Assembly: GCA_034717975.1 (NCBI GenBank)
Contig: JAYEMF010000139.1
Span: 1-31,028, forward strand
Origin: Campylobacterota bacterium
GTDB lineage: Bacteria > Campylobacterota > Campylobacteria > Campylobacterales > Sulfurimonadaceae
Direction: 5' to 3'
Length of the DNA stretch: 31,028 bases
In this document: positions 25,847-31,028 of the stretch, one piece after another
Layout: each line of letters opens with the position of its first letter
How positions within the stretch are numbered: position 1 is the stretch's first letter
The notes under the pieces: model-generated
What the model was told of the DNA's origin: nothing
What the model saw: the letters and a program-made list of their open reading frames with translations, nothing else
Databases searched by the model: none
Translations under genes and position numbers: made by a program

Positions 25847-27357
25847 CTCAGAACACCATCATGCAGCATCTTCTTGACAGTTTTTATATCAATATCCATA
25901 CGTCTGTCATCGATAAGTTTTTCAACTTTTTCCCGCATAAGATTGTAGTTTTTTTGCAGGTGAGATGAACACTGTTCAACCCCTCTGATATCACATGCCT
26001 GCGCCATTCCAATAAATGCAATGCTGAGCATATTGGCCAAGTCCGGCAGTTGTTTGTCGAAATGCAGAGCGGCAGTTGTCCCCATACTCACCTTGTCCTG
26101 ATTGAAAGACTCGGTTGGACGTGAATGAAGTGAAGCAGCTGTTGTATTCATAATCACATCAGCACTCAGTGAACTGAGCGTAATCTGCATCGCTTTAAAA
26201 CCATGATGCGTTGATCTGGTGTTGATTTTGAGACTCTCGCCCAGACCTTTATTGAATTTATGATCCACTAAAAGCCCAAACTCTTTATCGAGCAGATCTG
26301 CCAGGTTTCCGGAGCAGATACGCATTGTATCCATAGCATGCGCGATATATCCGCCATAAAAATTACCCGATGTATAGATCTTTTTGCCTATATGATCAAT
26401 CAATGGATTGTCATTCACCCCATTGATCTCTGTTTCGATCCATTTTTTTGCCATAACCAGATTATCCCGTATGACACCCAGCACTTGCGGCGCACATCGG
26501 ATCGAGTATCTGTCTTGAATATTTTGCTCTTTTTCCAAATGGAAGTTTTCATAGCGGCTAAATGCTTCATGTGTCAGTTTTGAATCTTTACATTTGGCCA
26601 AGATGTTTGCTGCAGCATTTTTTTGTCCATCGAAAGGTTTATTCTCATGCACAAAAGGCTCAAGCGGGGTGGTGTCACACAACAGAAGCTCAAAAATGGA
26701 GGCCACAAAACTCTCAGCACTGTCCAATAAAACTTCAAACTGCTTAATCGCATTGATCGCAATGGCACTCATGGTTGCCGTTCCGTTCATGATGGCCAGT
26801 GCTTCTTTTGGCTTAAAAACATAAGGGGTAATAGCCGACTTTTCATATATCTCTTCTGTCGGATAAACCTCGCCTTCATAAATCACTTCCCGTTCACCGG
26901 CAATGACAGCGGCGATATAAGAGAGGGGTGTCAGATCTCCGCTTGCGCCAACAGAGCCTTGCGATGGGATAAGGGGATATATTTTGTTATTGAGCAGAAG
27001 CTCAAATCGTTTCAAAAGCTCATAACTGATCCCGCTTTTACCTTTGCTCAGACTTATCAATCTGATGGTCATCATTATACGTGAGACATCAGCACTAAGG
27101 TACTCCCCTACACCGCATCCATGAAAGCTATACAGATTCTTTTGTAACTCATTTGCTTCCTCGAAAGCTGCATAGTTCTGTCCTGCTTCTCCATAACCTG
27201 TCGTCACACCATAGATCGGTCTTCCATCTCGTATCTGTTCTATCAAAAACTGATGACCAGCATTGATAAAATCAATAAACTCTTTCTCATCACTCAATGT
27301 AACTTTATTATCTGTTATAAAATTTTCATAAGAAATAGTGTTATTATTTATTGTCAT
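25843..27357 (-). CDS. MIO-dependent aromatic amino acid ammonia-lyase (PAL/TAL/XAL type)
   Basis: IYGVTTGYG, MIO tripeptide GASGDL, QDRYSIRC, NDNP, GNFYG and NQDKVSMG. Confidence 0.93.
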   Translation of the reverse strand: MTINNNTISYENFITDNKVTLSDEKEFIDFINAGHQFLIEQIRDGRPIYGVTTGYGEAGQNYAAFEEANELQKNLYSFHGCGVGEYLSADVSRIMMTIRLISLSKGKSGISYELLKRFELLLNNKIYPLIPSQGSVGASGDLTPLSYIAAVIAGEREVIYEGEVYPTEEIYEKSAITPYVFKPKEALAIMNGTATMSAIAINAIKQFEVLLDSAESFVASIFELLLCDTTPLEPFVHENKPFDGQKNAAANILAKCKDSKLTHEAFSRYENFHLEKEQNIQDRYSIRCAPQVLGVIRDNLVMAKKWIETEINGVNDNPLIDHIGKKIYTSGNFYGGYIAHAMDTMRICSGNLADLLDKEFGLLVDHKFNKGLGESLKINTRSTHHGFKAMQITLSSLSADVIMNTTAASLHSRPTESFNQDKVSMGTTAALHFDKQLPDLANMLSIAFIGMAQACDIRGVEQCSSHLQKNYNLMREKVEKLIDDRRMDIDIKTVKKMLHDGVLR

Positions 27358-27360
27358 CTA

Positions 27361-28206
27361 TTATTTAACTCCGGCAAAAAAATCATAGAAATTATACCAT
27401 TGATTAGGGTGTTTTTTAAGCACTTTTTCCAATCTGTCACTATAGGTCTGAGCCATTGCTGTTATTGAACCCAACGCTATCGATTCAAACATGAGGTCAT
27501 ACTTTTTTACCCCTGTGTTTAATACAAAGATTGCCACCAAAGGCTTATTGAGACGTTTGGCTATCTCAAATGGGGTTTTATTCATCTTTACTTTTGAGCC
27601 AAAAAAATCCACCTCGACGACCTGCATCTTATCCACGGCTCTATCCGCCATCATGGCGACAACTTCTTTATTTATCAAGGCATTGGCAATTTGAATATTG
27701 GCTGCCATTTTTCCCTGGTTCAAATCGATTATCTTGACACTCTGTTCATTATACCTTTGATTGCTTTGTTCAACTTGGTAAATATTCTCCTGTGTGTTTT
27801 CACGCATCACAATATGCATCGATAAAATACCATCTTGCAAGCAGTGTGCAGCTGTAGCCCAGCTTCCTACATGGGACAAGAGAACAATTCCCCCCTCTTC
27901 AAACAGATCCAGTGCTTCAAGATTGTGGATATCAAATTTCAACTCTTCCGGGTTGATCCGTGAAACAAACCGATCAAAAATGGACAAAGCAAACATTTTA
28001 ATATGGTTAAAATAGACCCTGTTTGTCGGTTCTATTCCAAGATGTCGGTAATAGCTTCGCATCGCTTTTTTAACGGAAGGTGTAAAGAAGAGATAGTAAA
28101 GTGCTACAAAATTCAATATAAAGGCTACGGATCTATAGCCAACAATACTATAGATCAATAGCAAGATTTTATAGCCGAAGGCACTTCCCCGCTGTTTTAT
28201 CTCCAA
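27361..28206 (-). CDS. LpxL/HtrB-like acyltransferase (ApeJ acyltransferase-domain-like)
   Basis: QRGS..G, SHVGSW, MMADR, V.FFG and HPNQWYNFYDFF. TTG start overlaps the GT2 stop. Confidence 0.85.
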   Translation of the reverse strand: MEIKQRGSAFGYKILLLIYSIVGYRSVAFILNFVALYYLFFTPSVKKAMRSYYRHLGIEPTNRVYFNHIKMFALSIFDRFVSRINPEELKFDIHNLEALDLFEEGGIVLLSHVGSWATAAHCLQDGILSMHIVMRENTQENIYQVEQSNQRYNEQSVKIIDLNQGKMAANIQIANALINKEVVAMMADRAVDKMQVVEVDFFGSKVKMNKTPFEIAKRLNKPLVAIFVLNTGVKKYDLMFESIALGSITAMAQTYSDRLEKVLKKHPNQWYNFYDFFAGVK

Positions 28207-28886
28207 AACCAGCCTCTAAGAAAAAGGAATCTCTGGATTAACAACTTGATATGAAGGAGTGTTATATGCACATTGTCATGCAATTTGTCAAAGTGGGAAA
28301 TTCGCTCCTCATGTGGAGGGTAATAACACTCAACATCAACATCAATGATACGTCCACCTCTGTACGCATGCAGTACCAACACCTCTACTTCAAAATCAAA
28401 GCGGCTGTTCTTCAGTGGAAGCTCTGTTATGCTGACAGGGTACATTCTAAATCCACTCTGGGTATCGCCCAAAGATTTGAAAGTCTCCAGCATCACCCAG
28501 AAATTACTGAATTTACGTCCAAATTTCGAGCTATCGGGAACATGCTCGGATTCAAAGTCACGGTTGCCTATTACAATAGACTCTTCCTGATAAGCATCTA
28601 CGAGTTTAACCAGTTCGGAACTTAGGTGCTGTTTATCTGCATCCATAGTAATAAAAGTGTTAAAACCAACTCTTTTGGCCTCTTTTGCACCACTCAGGAT
28701 CGCTTCGCCTTTTCCCTGATTTGTCCCATGTGTTATTAGATGAACATGCTCCGATTCAAAGGTCACCTTCTCATCTGAACCATCATCAACAACAATAACT
28801 TCATAACCGTGTCTTAAAACATCTTCTACAACCTCTTTTATATAGGGAGAGTTATAGACCGGAATAACAACAGATGGTTTATTCAT
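28197..28886 (-). CDS. Family 2 glycosyltransferase (ApeJ GT-domain-like)
   Basis: VVIPVYN, VVDDGSD, NQGKG, TMDADKQH, DTQSGFRMYP and RISHF. Confidence 0.92.
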   Translation of the reverse strand: MNKPSVVIPVYNSPYIKEVVEDVLRHGYEVIVVDDGSDEKVTFESEHVHLITHGTNQGKGEAILSGAKEAKRVGFNTFITMDADKQHLSSELVKLVDAYQEESIVIGNRDFESEHVPDSSKFGRKFSNFWVMLETFKSLGDTQSGFRMYPVSITELPLKNSRFDFEVEVLVLHAYRGGRIIDVDVECYYPPHEERISHFDKLHDNVHITLLHIKLLIQRFLFLRGWFWR

Positions 28887-29185
28887 AGTAAAATCTCACT
28901 CACCACAACATTCTGATCATAAACCGTTATTTTCATGCCGCTTTTTCGTTCACTGTAGAGATACTTGAGTTCGGATCCGGGACCGACAGGACGATTGAAT
29001 TTTGCTTTTTTTATTTTTGTAAAGTGAATTTTGAACAGGATAGATGCGATTTCAAGATGCATAAACCCGGGTAAAAGAGGATTGCCTGGAAAGTGTGCCT
29101 GAAAAAGAGGGTGATCAGCGTCTGCCAGTTTTATTGTGGCTTCATTACCATTTTGCTTGATTATTGAAAAAAGATCGAGAAACAA
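28883..29185 (-). CDS. Short FabZ/ApeI-like hot-dog 3-hydroxyacyl-ACP dehydratase
   Basis: HPLFQAHFPGNPLLPG and KF..PV.P. TTG start. Confidence 0.82.
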   Translation of the reverse strand: MFLDLFSIIKQNGNEATIKLADADHPLFQAHFPGNPLLPGFMHLEIASILFKIHFTKIKKAKFNRPVGPGSELKYLYSERKSGMKITVYDQNVVVSEILL

Positions 29186-29200
29186 TTGTTATCTTTATAT

Positions 29201-29224
29201 TGTTACAGATTTCTATCTATAACA
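29201..29224. promoter_or_regulatory. Inverted repeat, candidate operator in the divergent cluster promoter
   Basis: TGTTACAGAT-TTCT-ATCTATAACA (9/10 match between arms). Tandem ATTATAAT boxes lie at 29238-29251. Confidence 0.45.
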
Positions 29225-29283
29225 GTTAATTTATACTATTATAATTATAATTTTTAAAATATTTCATTAAATCGAGGCCACTA

Positions 29284-30351
29284 ATGTTCGAAAACAAATC
29301 CATCTCAGCGGCAGATGCACTGCTGGAAGCACAAAAAATCGCATTTGGACCGGTTATTTTCCAAGCAGCCCGGATTTTACGTGATTTTGGCATTCTTGCC
29401 ATGCTGTACGATGCCAAAGAAGAGGGTATGAGTGTTCAGAAGATAAGCCAAAAAGCCGGCATCAGTGAATATGGTGTTAAAGTGCTTTGCGAATCAGGCT
29501 TAAGTATGGGCGCACTGAGCTTAAAAGATGAGCGGTACATGCTCACCAAAATAGGCTATTTTCTACAATTTGATGAAATGACAAATATCAATATGAATTT
29601 CAACCATGATGTCAACTATCTTGGTCTCTTCAATCTTGATGACGCGATTAAAACGGCATCGCCGTCCGGGCTTAACCAAAGTTTTAAAAATGAGTGGGAG
29701 ACTATCTACCCCCACCTCTCAGCACTGCCTGAAAAAGCGAAAAAAAGCTGGTTCGATTTTGACCATTTCTACTCCGATGCGGCTTTTGGCAGGCTCGTAG
29801 AGATCATAGCTGAACGGGCACCCGAAAAGCTGCTTGATGTCGGAGGCAATACCGGTAAATGGGCAGTGGCCATTACGCAAAAAAGCCTAGAGACCTCAGT
29901 GACTATTTTAGACCATCAGAAGCAGATAGACGTTGCCCTCGAAAATGCAAAGAAAGCCGGTGTTGAAGATCGTGTGGACGGTGTTCCCATGGACCTTCTC
30001 GATCACACCGTTGCATTTCCCACCGGGTATGATGCGGTATGGATGAGCCAGTTCCTGGACTGTTTCGCACCAGAAGATATCACTGCCCTGCTAAGGAGAG
30101 CGGCAGATGCGCTCAACACTCAAGGAAGCGTCTATATAATCGAACCATACTGGGATCGCCAGAGTCATGAAATCGGAGCATTTTGCCTAATCAACACTTC
30201 ACCCTATTTTACTGCATTGGCCAACGGAACAAGCAAGATGTACCGGGCAATAGATATGCATCAATATATTAAAGAAGCCGGTTTGGTCATAGTAGAAGAG
30301 ATAGACCACCTGGGCTTTGGTCATACTTTGACCGTTTGTAAAAAGAGTTGA
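29284..30351 (+). CDS. SAM-dependent O-methyltransferase (ApeB-like)
   Basis: AQKIAFGP..FQ start, winged-helix dimerisation region, LLDVGGNTGKW and WMSQFLDCF. Confidence 0.9.
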   Translation: MFENKSISAADALLEAQKIAFGPVIFQAARILRDFGILAMLYDAKEEGMSVQKISQKAGISEYGVKVLCESGLSMGALSLKDERYMLTKIGYFLQFDEMTNINMNFNHDVNYLGLFNLDDAIKTASPSGLNQSFKNEWETIYPHLSALPEKAKKSWFDFDHFYSDAAFGRLVEIIAERAPEKLLDVGGNTGKWAVAITQKSLETSVTILDHQKQIDVALENAKKAGVEDRVDGVPMDLLDHTVAFPTGYDAVWMSQFLDCFAPEDITALLRRAADALNTQGSVYIIEPYWDRQSHEIGAFCLINTSPYFTALANGTSKMYRAIDMHQYIKEAGLVIVEEIDHLGFGHTLTVCKKS

Positions 30352-30381
30352 GAACAGCTATTTTTTCTTAAAGGTATTATC

Positions 30382-31028
30382 ATGGCTTTTTTTAAAATAT
30401 TGTTTTTACCCTTTTTTCTATTTCTAAGCGGATGTTCTTTCCTGGACCTCAAAGATGATCTTGAAAAACAGGATCAGCTGGTAACTATAAGCGGTAAGAT
30501 CATTCTGGATTCCAGGAGCTCCGCACCAATCATGGTGCTGTTAATAAAAGATGACCAAAACCGACCAACACTAAATCACTATAGAAAAATCGAAAAGAGT
30601 AATGAGTTTTCGTTCATAGTCGAGCCGGGTATATACCGTATTTATGCCTATGAAGATGCCAATAGGGATGAGAAATTCAACCCTGCCGAACGAGCAGCAC
30701 ACACTCCAATTCTCACCATGTCAGTTCCAGGAATGCATCAGAAAACTGATATTGTCATAAAGAGTTCAGCAGACAAAGATCTTCTTGATAAAATTGACGT
30801 ACTCAAAAAAACCGGCTTGGTTGATATCGTCAACGCCAGACGCTATCTTGGTCAGGTAACTTCTCTTGATGCAGACTGTTTTTCCCAAGAGAATGTCAGT
30901 AAAGGACTTTGGCAACCTTATGCTTTTGCCACAGAAGTCCCCTTGGGTATTTTCTTCCTGGAGAAATATGACCCAAATAAAAAGCCGGTTTTATTTATCC
31001 ATGGTATTTCCGGTTCACCGACTCAATT
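30382..31028 (+). CDS. Lipoprotein alpha/beta-hydrolase (esterase/lipase-like), truncated by window end; absent from the supplied ORF track
   Basis: Manual translation gives MAFFKILFLPFFLFLSGC (lipobox) ... YEDANRDEKFN ... EKYDPNKKPVLFIHGISGSPTQ. The frame is open to the edge, with an AAAGG RBS. Confidence 0.8.
   Translation, partial: MAFFKILFLPFFLFLSGCSFLDLKDDLEKQDQLVTISGKIILDSRSSAPIMVLLIKDDQNRPTLNHYRKIEKSNEFSFIVEPGIYRIYAYEDANRDEKFNPAERAAHTPILTMSVPGMHQKTDIVIKSSADKDLLDKIDVLKKTGLVDIVNARRYLGQVTSLDADCFSQENVSKGLWQPYAFATEVPLGIFFLEKYDPNKKPVLFIHGISGSPTQ

Noticed and set aside
25843..27357. Histidine utilisation gene hutH
   Set aside because: It has FH/NQD rather than SH/QED residues, and no hutU/I/G is nearby.
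1..31028. CRISPR arrays, tRNA/rRNA genes, intact transposases or integrases
   Set aside because: None recognised. Intergenic gaps are all short (about 150 bp or less) and lack repeat-spacer or cloverleaf patterns.

Overview
Chromosomal window from a Campylobacterota (epsilonproteobacterial) bacterium, probably Sulfurimonas-like. This is inferred from the rny-fthC / tlpA-ftsY-radA and fliL-acpS gene orders known from Campylobacter and Helicobacter. There are three blocks. (1) 1-8.7 kb holds accessory genes: RNase HI with an N-terminal hybrid-binding domain, a YtoQ-family protein, a DEAD-box helicase, YaeQ, and a tightly coupled peptidoglycan-salvage operon nagZ - sodium:solute symporter - anmK - amgK - murU directly after rny. 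No ampG or mupP is present in the window. (2) 8.7-17.2 kb holds core genes: rny, 5-FTHF cyclo-ligase, a TlpA lipoprotein, ftsY with an unusual ~90-aa C-terminal extension, radA, beta-carbonic anhydrase, fliL, acpS, thiS and an ankyrin protein. (3) 17.3-31 kb holds an aryl-polyene/flexirubin-like type II PKS/glycolipid cluster: AMP ligase, MMPL, LolA-like, two acyltransferases, ACP, one ketosynthase, a CrtI/RetSat-like flavoprotein, FabG, an MIO ammonia-lyase, GT2, a dehydratase, an O-methyltransferase, and a lipoprotein hydrolase running off the right edge. Within the window this cluster lacks the canonical KS-CLF pair, and its left border carries a possible IS5-like terminal repeat. No rRNA, tRNA, CRISPR array or intact transposase was seen. 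All assignments come from motif recognition by eye; no database searches were run.
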